Below, in pieces: positions 27,001 through 39,821 of a stretch of 61,717 nt of DNA. Numbering within the stretch: the stretch's first letter is position 1; the number at the start of each line of letters is the position of its first letter. Source of the stretch: Gnetum montanum (taxonomy: Eukaryota; Plantae; Gnetophyta); assembly GCA_015680685.1 (NCBI GenBank), contig MNCI01000357.1:94450-156166 (forward strand). Direction: 5' to 3'. The notes below the pieces were generated by a model. The model worked only from the letters and a program-made list of their open reading frames with translations, was not told the origin of the DNA and searched no databases. A program made the position numbers and the translations under genes.

Positions 27001-30000
27001 TGCATCGTGTCCAGTGACTTAGGGTGTAATTGTGTGTAGCAATTATGGTCTGTTAAGTGGATATCCATCAAAGGATGCAGTCGGTGTCCCGAGGAATCAC
27101 CTATTCAATAGTGCCTGTACGCAACAGCCACTAATCAAGAGGGCATCCAGTGGTTGACAGTTGATCCTGCTAGCAGCACATTGTGCATGGAACTATCAGA
27201 GGGGCTTGTGCAAGCCTACATTGATAGCAGAGAGAAAATGGAAGAGATTCATCAATAGGTCTCCACTGTTGATGACCAAGATGATTGGGAGATGCTAGAA
27301 ATCCCAGAGAGCTTCAAGAAAGAGCCCCTTGAGTTAAAGTCCCCATCGACTCACTTAGAGTATTCATTTTTGCAAAATGTTAAGCCAGTAATCATTAATG
27401 CCACCTTTGCTCTAGAACAAAAGAAGAAGTTGCTGAAGGTGATAAACAAATGGGTTGTTGAATTCGCATGGTCATATCCTGAGTTGACTAGAGTTGATCC
27501 TAGGGTCTACCAGCACTAGATCTATCTTGACCCTTCCATGAAGCCACGATGATAGCCACAAAGATGGTTGAATCCCAAATTGAAGCAGGTTGTAAAAGAT
27601 GAAATTGAACAATTGCTAAAGGCAGGATTCATCTATTCTGTCTCCGAGAGTGAATGGGTTAGCCACTTGTTATCATACCCAAAAAGGTGGCCAATGGAGG
27701 GTCTGTATTGATTTCCGGTTACTCAATATGGTGACCTTCAAGGATCACTTCCCACTCCCATTTGTGGACCAGGTGTTGGACACCATTGCAGGGCACCGTT
27801 ACTACAACTTTTTGGATGGTTATAGTGGTTATAACAAAATCTAGATAAAACTAGAGGACCAGGCCAAAACTACTTTCATGAGTCCATGGGGGACTTTCGC
27901 ATACAAGAAGATTCCCTTTGGCCTATGCAATGCACCCGCTACGTTCCAACACCTTGTCCTAAGCATCTTCCAACAACAAATCGGCAATGGGGTGGAAGTC
28001 TTCATGGATGACTTCTCCACCTATGGGGCCACATTTGAGCAAGCCTTAGACCGTCTAGAGTAGGTTCTAAAAAGGTGTGTAGATACCAATCTATGGCTCA
28101 ATTGATAGAAGAGCCATTTGATGGTCTAAGAGGGCATTGTGCTGGGGAATCACATCTTACAAACAGGGATTAGCGTAGATCCTGAAAAGATCAGGGTTAT
28201 CCAAGGAATCACCCTCCAACCTAGTACCGTCAAAGATGTTTGATCATTCCTTGGACACACTAGTTACTACCGGAGATTCATTGGAAACTTCTCGAAGATC
28301 GCCAAGCCGTTGGTAGAACTAACAAAGAAGGACACTTTGTTCATCTAGACTAAGGAGTGCGAGTTTGCATTCCAAGTGCTGAAACAAAAACTTGTAGAAA
28401 CTCTAGTTCTATGAGCCCTTGATTGGTCTAGACCCTTTCACATTATGCTGGACGCATCCAACTATGCCTTGGGAGCCGTTCTTACACAATGTGACTATTA
28501 AAAACGTCCTTATTACATCCACTATGCAAGCTATAGCATTGTGGGTGCTTAGCTGAACTACACCACCACCGAAAAGGAGTTGATGGTGGTGGTGTTCGTC
28601 TTGGACAAATTCCAACACTATGTGCTCGAATATGAGGTGTTTGTGCATACTGACCATAGTGCTATCTGGTTCTTGATGAATAAACCAACGGTGAGCCCCC
28701 GCATAATCTAGTGGTTGGTGATTCTTTAGGAGTTTGATCTCACCATGGTAGACAGGAAGGGGACTGAGAATGTGATTGCTGACCACTTGTCTCGGTTGCG
28801 ATGTGATGACGTAGAATAGGAGGAGCCCTTATCTGACCAATTTCTAGATGAACTCCTCTTCACAGGTGCTATTGATCCGCAAGTGCCCAAGGAATTCCCT
28901 TGGTTCATCAACATCCTCACCTACCTCACCACTCAAGAGTTGCCAAAGGAGTGGAACCATTGGTAGAAAAAATAGTTTCTTCATAAGGCCAAGTGTTTCA
29001 TGGAGATTAATGGCCACCTCTACAAGGTCTGCGCAAATGGCTTGGTTTGATGGTGTGTCCTTGATGGTGATACACTGCGTGTCCTCCAGGATGCTCATGA
29101 GGGCCATTGTGGGGGTGATTATGCTGGACGCTGCACTGCCATTATTATCCTACTTGCAAGGTATTACTGGCCCACCATCTTTAGGGATGCACAATGGTTC
29201 GCCTACTCCTACAAATGATGCCAGAGGGATGGTGGGATGATGGCACAGTTGGAGGAACCTCAATAGTGGATCCAGCCACTAGAGCCCTTCGACATTTGGG
29301 GTATCGACTTCATGAGACCCATCACACCCCTATCAAACAAAAAGGCATACATCATCGTAGCTGTGGACTACTGTACAAAGTGGGTAGAAGTGGCAGCCAT
29401 CATCAACTGTTCTTCCAACACCACTGTGTGATTTGTTCAACAAAAAATCATTAATAGGTTTGGAGTGCCATGTGCACTCATTTTTGATAATGGAACTCAT
29501 TTTACGGGGGTCACTTTTCAGAAGCTCATGCAACGCTTAGGGGTAACGCATAAGTTTACAACTCCCTATCACCCCCAAGCCAACGGATAGGCTGAAGTCA
29601 GCAATAGGGAGATCACCAAGATCCTTACCCAAACCATTAGTAAATACAGGAGGGATTGGAGCATTAAGCTTAACAATGTCCTATGGGCCTATCGCTCCAC
29701 TTGGAAACTTCCTCTAGGGTACTCTCCCTATGAGTTAGTGTACAGAAAGTTGCCAACACTTCCAATCCAAGTTGAACTCTGCACACTATCCATCACTAGT
29801 GACTTAGGCCTTAACCTACTACTAGCACAATGTGAAAAATTGATCAATTTAAGTGTGCTAGATGAGAACCGATTAGTGGCCCTATCCTCCAATGAGATCC
29901 ACAAGGCCTACAACAAAAAATGACATGATCTTAGGATTTGGAAGGTCTCGTTTAGATGTGGAGACAAAGTACTGTATTGGAACCCCTCACATGTATCTCA

Positions 30001-30184
30001 ACTGACCAAGTTTCAAAGACTATGGATGGGACCTTACATTATCTCTGAAACCTTTCCATTCGGAGCCTTGCTTATCCACAAACTTGACGATCCCACTAGA
30101 ACATAGTTAGTCAACCACCAACAACTGAAACCTTTCCACGAACTCCACTCAACCAGTGTAGCCACCTCATCATCACCAAGATGA
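24066..30184 (+). pseudogene. Athila gag-pol, disrupted
   Basis: Gag IPRFEGG..LKLFPHTL...WY; protease ALLDLG (~26660); RT WRVCIDFR, KDHFPLPF, FLDGYSGY, PFGLCNAPATFQ, VFMDDF; RNase H LDASNYALGAVL, NYTTTEKEL; integrase [21 protein letters not shown]. Confidence 0.95.
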
Positions 30185-31804
30185 CCACGCTCCATTTTTT
30201 GTGTCTCCTCCTTTCCACCTAGTCATGGGGGAGACCGTCATCCCTACTGATCCATTCCACTACACCTCTCATCATTTTGTCATTTTTTTACACTTTTTTG
30301 TTTTATACATTTTTTTCACCATTGTTTATACGTTTGCAATTCTTTGTACATTTTTCCTTTCTTTACTTATTTTTCATTTCTTGGTGAATGTTTTATTTTT
30401 ATTTTCGCGTAATTGCTAATTTGTAGTCTTGTTGTCTTCAGATGTCTGCCGCGGATGGTTTTTATTGCAATGGGTCATGTGTACTCATCCACCTCATTGT
30501 CTAGATTCTGCCCTCGCATGGTTATCTTTGGACTTTACATATACTTTCCATTCATTAACTGGTAGTGAGTTCACCCACTCCATGGTTTTCCTACCATTGA
30601 GACCATGCAACCCCTTCACTTAAAAACATTATAATTGATATGTGACTTGTGTCATTTCCAAACTTAGGGATCACCCACTAGTTTGAATTGGGTGTGACTT
30701 CAAGGGGATTGTAATGTTCGTGGTCCTTTTTTGTCCCTTGGGTTGTTGGTGTGTCCTCGTGGATTTCCTACCACTCCACATCCTTATATCCAAGGAAGCT
30801 TTTGGGTAGTTTGACCTTGCATGGTGTGGTCCTCACTGAAAAATTCAAAAAAAAAACAAGAAAAGAAACAAAAAAGAGAGATCGAGAAAGATAAAAGAAA
30901 TGAATCAACTTGAGGATTCAAAGCACAACCCTTGGTCGAATGCATGCGAATACGCATGGGTCTTTGCATGGTGTGGTTCTCTCCAAAAAAAAAACCATAT
31001 CTCTGTGTGGGAATTCAAAGCACACCCCTTAGACTGCCTCTAACGGGCCACTACACTAGTTATGGGACTTCCTTGGTCTCCTCTAACTTCGTCCTATTTC
31101 CTTCCTTCCTCTCATGTCTAGTTGAGTGGTGGTTCTTCGTGGGGTCATTCTTGCTTCCTTGGGGGATGGTCGGGACTTCGTCTATTGCTACAATGTCACT
31201 GAATGTGGATGGTTTTGGGTCTGACCTCAGGAACGGTTCTACCGAGTCACTTAACCACATCTACACATGGGGCTTCCTATGATCGACGATCGGAATACCA
31301 TTCTCTCATTTCTCTCTTCTCACCTAGTTCTCTCCATCCCTCACCTCACTGCCTGTTTTATGTTGTGAACATGTGTCGTGGTGTCCATGAGTTTTGCAAC
31401 CCTTGGCAGGATCTCTTGGGTCTGAGTCTTACCTGGCACACACCATTTCTTAACCCCAGGGTCCACAGACCCCAGTGTTAAGGGCTATGCAGGAGCTACT
31501 AAGGCTATGGCCTGCTATGGGGAGGACCCACTTGCATTTCCTTGCTTTTGCTTGTCAAGCCTCCCATCCTTTGGATTTCGTAGTTGACTAGTTTTCGGGT
31601 CCTATCGCTCGATTTATGTCCCGCAGAGTTCTTTTTGAGTCTCGTTCTCCTATTTTTATCTCTTTTTCAAGTCCAATTCCCTTCCTCATGTCCTTAGCCA
31701 TGTCCAGGCCTCTTACATGCTTCAATTGCCTTAATTTGGCATTTCAAATGCATCATTTTGAGCTTTATATGGGTTGGTCAATGTTGGTCAACAGGTGAAC
31801 ACCA

Positions 31805-31900
31805 ATGCATCGACAGGGCCTCATCGATGCAGTCATTGCATATACATGGCCACATATACGTGGCCCCGTCGACGCAGCACCTAACCCCTATATATACCCC
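31805..31900 (+). promoter_or_regulatory. Putative internal promoter with LTR-U3-like motifs and TATA
   Basis: GCATATACATGGCCACATATACGTGGCCCCGTCGACGCAGC resembles LTR 23044-23098. TATATATA at 31889, upstream of the extra ORF. Confidence 0.6.
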
Positions 31901-32201
31901 ACCACACTTTGTCATTCTTCATCATTTGGAGTCCAAATTGAGGGGAGTTTTTGCCATTTTTTTTGCCTAACCTTTCCCAACGCACCTACANNNNNNNNNN
32001 NNNNNNNNNNNNNNNNNNNNNNNNNNNNNNNNNNNNNNNNNNNNNNNNNNNNNNNNNNNNNNNNNNNNNNNNNNNNNNNNNNNNNNNNNNNNNNNNNNNN
32101 NNNNNNNNNNNNNNNNNNNNNNNNNNNNNNNNNNNNNNNNNNNNNCAACAACATAACTTGGTCAAATTGAGGAGGTATATACGGACCATCTTAAGCTACT
32201 T

Positions 32202-35078
32202 ATGAATGGTCTAACAGGCGGTTATGTTGATTGCAAATCACACCTAAACCAAGGCACCCAAGGGACAAAGGACCATCACAACCAAGGGACAAGCACCCAT
32301 GCATGGGAAGGGGATGAGTTGTGGAACCGCCAATGCATGCGGAGGGCTCACATGCAACTAGGCCCTTCTATGAAAGACCTAATGTGGAATCTATTCATCA
32401 AATTCCTAAAGAGGAGATTCCCGATGAGCAATCGCTGAGGGATGAGACCCCTTGTGTAGCACCACAACTTGAGGTCACCCTGACCCAAGCCTATCTTGAT
32501 GCTATCACACCATGTGAGATGCAGCGAGTGGTCCTCCAAGAGCTAAATTTTAGACCATTCCTTGAGAACATGCCAGAAGATGTGAGACTCCAACTGCAGA
32601 GCTCTTTGATGTGGCCAATCATCACAACCAGTGGTGAATGGTACTTAGGAGAGACTTATCTCTTCTAGACGAACCGACAGCCAAGGTCAAGAGTAAGAAT
32701 CAAAGACATTTAACTCTCTTACTCTTCAGGTGTTGGGATTGCTTGAAGTTGGGGTAGATGTGGTTGAAATCCCAATATAGGTCAATCCAGAGGTAAAGGT
32801 GCAATGGACCAAACGGTGCTATGGGGTAGAGCGCAAGGAATTCGGCTCCTTAACCACGATGGAGAGAGTGTAATCAAAGATTGTGTCTTACCATTTGAAC
32901 CCAATGGTAAGACCCAGTAAAATCATAGCCTTCTCTACTCATGCATGTGCTGCCTTGAGTGAGAAGTTCCCCATGAGTCTTCGACAACTACTATTTCTAG
33001 AGATTGAAAAGAGGTTCACTGAGAATGAATGTGGAAGATGAGCTCTCCCCTTTCCCTGCCTAATTTGAAAGTTGTGCAAATGGGCAGGGATAGCATGATA
33101 TTCTAACAATATAGTTTGGTGCGCCCCAATTGCCTCATGGTAAGAGATGATGAAAGATAAAACTCCTGCCGCCACATAGATAGAGGAAGAGCAGCAATCA
33201 CCTCCACCACCTGCACAAACAATGTAGTCGGGCTCACAAACCACAACAGAATATATCTGCGAGATCTGAGAAATGCTCTCGAGTCAGTGAGAGTAATCCA
33301 GCAGGACTGGTGAAGGAGAAGACCCTTCAGTTTATCGCCCTACCATGAGCCACCTAGAGCAAGTGGCTTAATCAATTAGCCTACTTGAAAGGGTAGGACT
33401 AGTATTCTCCACCACCCGAGCACAAGCTCCAACCAGAACAAATCTAGGCATCCAAGAGGTAACAGTGTCAATAGAACAGTTGTTTCTTGAAATTTCAGGG
33501 AATGCTACTACCTTCTCGGTATGCCTAGAAGATGGTGAATGGGTGATGATCCTAGTGATGCAGCACTAGGGATAGGAAGTCGTGGCCGAAGTGGTTGCAG
33601 AAACAATTTCTACCTCTCTTAATGCACTGGCAGCATCTGTACCAAACATTCATGGACTACAAGATGTACAGGTGTCTATTGGAACTTCACATAGCAATAT
33701 TGATGCAGCCCAACATGAAGAATTGTTGGACTGACTAGTGGGAACTGGGTAACTACTTCCACATGTCTTTGATCTTCCAAAAAACATTACTGCAACACAT
33801 TCAGAGCTGCTCTCGGCAAGGGGCAAGAGCCTTGTTTTAGAGGGGCAACTTGAAGTTGCTCAAGACGCTTATCAACGCTTGGCAACGGAGGTAGCCCAAT
33901 TACGAGTCCAACTTGTCGATCAAGCCATTCTCAACTGCAAAATCACTAGGGATGAAGCTTTTCAATAGCTTTAGCTTAGACTTCAGATCATTGAGGATGT
34001 GTGGGAGACAACAACCCTTGACAAGTCCATAGCAGATTCTTGAGCATATCACTTAGAGAAGGACTTGATGAAGGTTCATCAAGAGAATGTATGGCTAACC
34101 GCAGAGGTTCATCACCTGTGTAATGTTGGTGTGGAAAATGAACACATGAAAACTTTCATCCACCAATAATAGGAGGAGCTAGCTAGGGTGAACGTTGACA
34201 TAAGAAGGTTGGCTACTGAAAATTGTAATTTGTCAATGGAGGAGGTTCGAACATTGCAACAAAAGTCTGCAATCGAAATTACCATTTGGAAGAACGAGGC
34301 CCTGAAATTTGAAAAAGTCAAAAATCACTACAGGGACCAAGTGAGATTGTAGAAGGAAGTGAACAAAAAACATATTCAAGTCGTAAAGGCCAAGATGAAC
34401 CAAGCTCTCCAGCAGCTCTGAGAAAGAGGCGATGCATGGCAACCTATCTTTGATGGGTTGAACGACTACAATAAAGCTGAAATTTTCTTAAAGGAGTTGT
34501 AGATTAAGGAGATGACAAAATACATGGAGTTGGCCAACCTCTAATATGCAAACCTAGCTATGCTCATAGCCAGAAGACTGCATTTAGAATTAGAGAAGCA
34601 AGTGGCCATCTCATATTCCTTGTATGAGGGAGAGTTCCAGGAGCATAAGGTAATGAAGCAAAAGTTGGCAACAACAAATATGAAACTTGAGGTCCTCCGC
34701 ACAAGCTTTGAAGGTCAACGAATAGTTGCAGAGGACTTGGCCCATAGGATGGATGACTACCAGCAGTTGTAGGCATCAGTCTGAGCGTTCGACATTGAAC
34801 ACAACCATTTTGCAGCTTGGTTTGTCAACTTAAAAGAACTCCTTCTAACACTAGCATGTCCTTGGGATGTTCTAGCTCCAACACACATTGGTGAAGTTGC
34901 CTATACTATGAATGATCCATGAAGTAAGGAAGAAAAGATGAGGGCTCTATTGGAGGCTTTTCGGCTACCTCCGGAAGTTGCAGCTGCTGCAAGGCAACCG
35001 CCACCTATGCCACCACCAACGCATGGGCCAGAGGTTGCAGAAGGTCCATCAGAACCACTACCCCTAGGGACAGTGTGA
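32202..35078 (+). pseudogene. Athila extra 3' ORF (env-like / plant transposon protein domain + long coiled coil), disrupted
   Basis: WPIITTSGEWYLGETYLF, YHLNPM..., LPFPCLI*KLCKWAGI resemble the Athila env-like domain. A heptad-rich E/K/Q/L segment spans ~33760-34850, with a Pro-rich tail ending TGA at 35078. Confidence 0.75.
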
Positions 35079-35328
35079 TCTTCTCCAGTAATTTTATGCA
35101 TCATTCTACACTGCAGAGGCTCCTGGACTAGCGAGGTGTTCAATTTTTTCTCTGAACACCATCATTTTTGTAATTGTCCCCCTATGTAACTCGGGCACTT
35201 GGTCAAATTCATGTTGTGTCATGTGTGTCTCATGTATGTGTTTAAGTTATGTGTGTTGCAAATAAAAATCTATACCTTCCAAATTGTAAAGTAACTTGAG
35301 GACAAGTTTTTGCTCAGTCATGGGGGTA

Positions 35329-36228
35329 TGATGAAGTGGCATTAAGTCATGCGTCGATTGGGCTGCGTATATGCAGCCGCGTCAATGTGGGCCTGTTGAC
35401 GTAGCTTCCCTACATTGACATGGCCCCATTTACGCAGCCGCCTATCTTGGCCTATAAATAAGAGGGCCTTCCACCTCATTTAGGCATCTTTCAGTTAGTT
35501 GTAGCGAAGCTCTTGTAGTTTGTTCCCGCAAGAGATAGAATATTTTCCAAGTGCCCACAGTAGGTGTAAGAAAAGTGATCAGCTCTTTATTCAAGCATTG
35601 ATGTATTTGAGCCCATTGGCGTGACGACAATAAAGACGAACTATTTAAGCATTCCTTGTAGCATTTGGACTTAGTTATTTTATGCATTCAATAGTTTAAG
35701 ATGTTTATGCTTTGTTAATTACTGGTTAATTAGTTAGGTTTCGATTATTGCTATTTTGATCATTATTTCTCATTCGTAGTTCGTAAAGGCCATAAGTATG
35801 ACCATCTCGAATGTAAATCAAACACTTGGTAAGCCCAGTGATGCTTAACGTCTAGTAACCCAGAAGTGTTAAGAGATGCTCAGAACATGCTTGGAAGATG
35901 TGACTGGATACTTATGCTAAGAATAGTTAGAGTATAAGCTAGGATAATCATAGATTAGATAATAGTTTATTCCTTACTTTTTATACCTTAAATTAGCTGC
36001 CAAAAGATATGCTAAAAGATATAAAAATCATTAGCCTTAGTCTCACTTAACCATCGTAAACAGAACCTCATAAGTGAGATTAGGAGGAAAACAACCATTC
36101 TAACCCAAGGTTTCACTTGTTAGAGTCTGGTGTATGTTAAGTGCTTACAGTCTTCAGATTTCGACCGAGTTGCGTGTGAACTCCCGTGATTCGTATGGTT
36201 GGGCATAGGGGTACCTAGCCGCTCATCA
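35329..36228 (+). repeat. Athila 3' LTR
   Basis: Preceded by Athila-type TTGAGGACAAG...TGGGGGTA PPT; matches the 5' LTR. Confidence 0.95.
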
Positions 36229-37012
36229 ACAGGGAAAATTCTTAGTTGGTCAATTCTTAATCAACCATGGACAAACATATGTTTATAGCATCGTGTACGT
36301 GAGGATTGTATTGAGCATGGTTCTTATCTATTTTCTAATGACAAAAAAGAACCCCATGATGTAAATGCCTACTTTCCATTTTTAATGAAAGGCAAATATT
36401 TTGTACATGGGATAACATTGTATTTATTTTAAGGTATTCAATTGGAAATATATTTGGTGTTTATTTGTTCCATATTCTAATTATTATTATTCTAAAACTT
36501 TATAAATTAGATCTAAATTATATAAGGTTCAATATGTATACAATATATTTTTGTCTTCATAGAAACAAATTTTCATAATATCTATAAGAAATATGCATTC
36601 CATAGGCTCATGTCTACAAGTTTCTTCAATTTAATGTGTGGATGATCAAGTGCAATGACATGCATTTTGCAGCACTACCATAATGAAGCTAATGTGTGTT
36701 GATGCAAATTGTAGTCTATCGCAATGCATGTAAAAATTGTATGGTTTTCGCTTATGCATCAATGCAACTAACCTGCGCATCACATGAACACACACTATAA
36801 AATGATCAAACTGCATGATCTTGCGACTCACACAAAACTTCAAGCTAATAGGCTACTTTCATTCACATGTTATCAAATTGGAAAACATAAACTTTATCTT
36901 TATAGTGTGAGCTGATGCAATTCGCAATCTGTGGTAGTTCAGAATAGTAACATGTTTTTACCTCATTTTAATAGTACGAGAGTTTGCGATCCACAGTCCA
37001 TCATAGTACGAA

Positions 37013-39821
37013 ACAATGCTTGTTGCAAGTATCCATGATCCGCATGGCTTAAAACATAGCTATGGAGCACATCTACCCGTAGTGCATAATAGAAGCCAAT
37101 TTTTACTAGTGTGAGGTGATGTGATCCACATGATTTTGATGTTGAATGTTCTAGTAGATCTTGCTACTACCAATTAAATTTGGATGTTATCACAACCAGC
37201 AACAAAAACCATTGTTTGAAAGTGTAATGGGATGTGATCCATGTGTATAAAGAGTTGAAGGAAAATAACTTGGACTATGCATATCTAAGATCTGTAGTTC
37301 AAAACACATAACTTGGACTACACATGCATGCAAGATGCATGAGCTTGCATTATGTACATTAATTAAGTTTGTTTGAAATTTGTTCTCCAAACCTCTTGTA
37401 TATTTAACTTTTCTTACATATGTTCCTACATGTGATGGATATATTTATAAATGATATAGGTCTCAACTGACTATGAGCTATAACTCTACATGTATAGTAT
37501 GAATAGAGATTGATGTTATGTATGTTTTAGTTATGAGTATACAATGGTTTCTCATTATTTGTATTTAACATTTGATTTTTATCAAAGTGATTTATGATAT
37601 TTTGCTATGTTATGTGATATGTCTACATGTATTGATGGTTCAACTTACATGATTTGTGCTAGCATTTGGGCCTTACATTCACTAGGCTTAAGTTGGATAA
37701 GAGGAGTATTATAAAGTGATAGTACAATAGGTTACTTCAATTATTATGGAATGTTGTGGTACTTACCTTTGTGATTACAAGTATTAGATATGTTGGGCAA
37801 CCAAAGGTCAAGTAGCAGTGGCCATCATATTGAGGAGGCTTAGATGTCTTCTGTTACATAGATTGTAGAGACACTAACAATGAGTTAGGCATAGGATCCA
37901 CTGATATCTAGATTGACTTGGTAGGGCAGATCATACATTTAGTATAGTAGCAGTAGCCTGGATATGTGCTGCCTCATCTTCTTCTAAAGTTATCTAGAAG
38001 GTTGGGAGTAGTAATGGTGTAGATTAACCAACTATTAAAAATGTTGATAGTGATAATGGACTAACCATATAAGAGGTTTGTAATGTAGAAATGATCAAAC
38101 TCATTAACATTAATTAATTTTAGCTAAATTTTTTTATAGAAATGAAAAAAAAACATGTTAGACATTCAATCAATAGTTGATTGATTATGTAAGAAATCAT
38201 AACAATGTACATGGTTTTCAAAAAGAAAAAAAGAAAAGAGTCAACAATGACTCTGTTCAGTGCCCTTTGCATAAGTATCCTCCTTCATAGCTTCTAAAGC
38301 ACTAGTGTTCATGAAATCCTGCTTAGTGACTATGTCATCAACTTGCTTAATAGGGTTATCTACCCTTTGAGTCATATTCGATGGTTCTACCTCTTCTATG
38401 TGTTGTGGTGTGNACAATGCTTGTTGCAAGTATCCATGATCCGCATGGCTTAAAACATAGCTATGGAGCACATCTACCCGTAGTGCATAATAGAAGCCAA
38501 TTTTTACTAGTGTGAGGTGATGTGATCCACATGATTTTGATGTTGAATGTTCTAGTAGATCTTGCTACTACCAATTAAATTTGGATGTTATCACAACCAG
38601 CAACAAAAACCATTGTTTGAAAGTGTAATGGGATGTGATCCATGTGTATAAAGAGTTGAAGGAAAATAACTTGGACTATGCATATCTAAGATCTGTAGTT
38701 CAAAACACATAACTTGGACTACACATGCATGCAAGATGCATGAGCTTGCATTATGTACATTAATTAAGTTTGTTTGAAATTTGTTCTCCAAACCTCTTGT
38801 ATATTTAACTTTTCTTACATATGTTCCTACATGTGATGGATATATTTATAAATGATATAGGTCTCAACTGACTATGAGCTATAACTCTACATGTATAGTA
38901 TGAATAGAGATTGATGTTATGTATGTTTTAGTTATGAGTATACAATGGTTTCTCATTATTTGTATTTAACATTTGATTTTTATCAAAGTGATTTATGATA
39001 TTTTGCTATGTTATGTGATATGTCTACATGTATTGATGGTTCAACTTACATGATTTGTGCTAGCATTTGGGCCTTACATCTACTAGGATTAAGTTGGATA
39101 AGAGGAGTATTATAAAGTGATAGTAGAATAGGTTACTTCAATTATTATGGAATGTTGTGGTACTTACCTTTGTGATTACAAGTATTAGATATGTTGTGGT
39201 ACTTACCTTTGTGATTACAAGTAGCAGTGGCCATCATATTGAGGAGGCTTAGATGTCTTCTGTTACATAGATTGTAGAGACACTAACAATGAGTTAGGCA
39301 TAGGATCCACTGATATCTAGATTGACTTGGTATGGCAGATCATACATTTAGTATAGTAGCAGTAGCCTAGATATGTGCTGCCTCATCTTCTTCTAAAGTT
39401 ATCTAGAAGGTTGGGAGTAGTAATGGTGTAGATTAACCAACTATTAAAAATGTTGATAGTGATAATGGACTAACCATATAAGAGGTTTGTAATGTAGAAA
39501 TGATCAAACTCATTAACATTAATTAATTTTAGCTAAATTTTTTTATAGAAATGAAAAAAAAACATGTTAGACATTCAATCAATAGTTGATTGATTATGTA
39601 AGAAATCATAACAATGTACATGGTTTTCAAAAAGAAAAAAAGAAAAGAGTCAACAATGACTCTGTTCAGTGCCCTTTGCATAAGTATCCTCCTTCATAGC
39701 TTCTAAAGCACTAGTGTTCATGAAATCCTGCTTAGTGACTATGTCATCAACTTGCTTAATAGGGTTATCTACCCTTTGAGTCATATTCGATGGTTCTACC
39801 TCTTCTATGTGTTGTGGTGTG
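37013..39821. repeat. Near-identical 1.4 kb tandem duplication joined by a single N (likely assembly artefact)
   Basis: 37013-38412 and 38414-39821 differ at only a few positions; N at 38413. Confidence 0.9.

Larger units (their letters stand above)
23008..36228 (+). mobile_element. Full-length degenerate Ty3/gypsy retrotransposon, Athila lineage (13.2 kb)
   Basis: Two ~0.9 kb LTRs TGATGA...TCATCA, TSD ACAAG/ACAGG, Athila-type PBS and PPT, gag-PR-RT-RH-INT order plus a 3' extra ORF. Confidence 0.95.
20900..36288 (+). pseudogene. Ulp1/peptidase C48 (SUMO protease-like) TE cargo gene, interrupted near its 3' end by the Athila element
   Basis: KQ*LDDDVINMYIMYL (~22301), VFNTMF, GGHWVLVIVD (~22658), YNSL, PMQENGYE(YN, decayed CG). 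The frame resumes after the LTR element: MT|GKILSWSILNQPWTNICL*. The 5' boundary is approximate. Confidence 0.85.
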
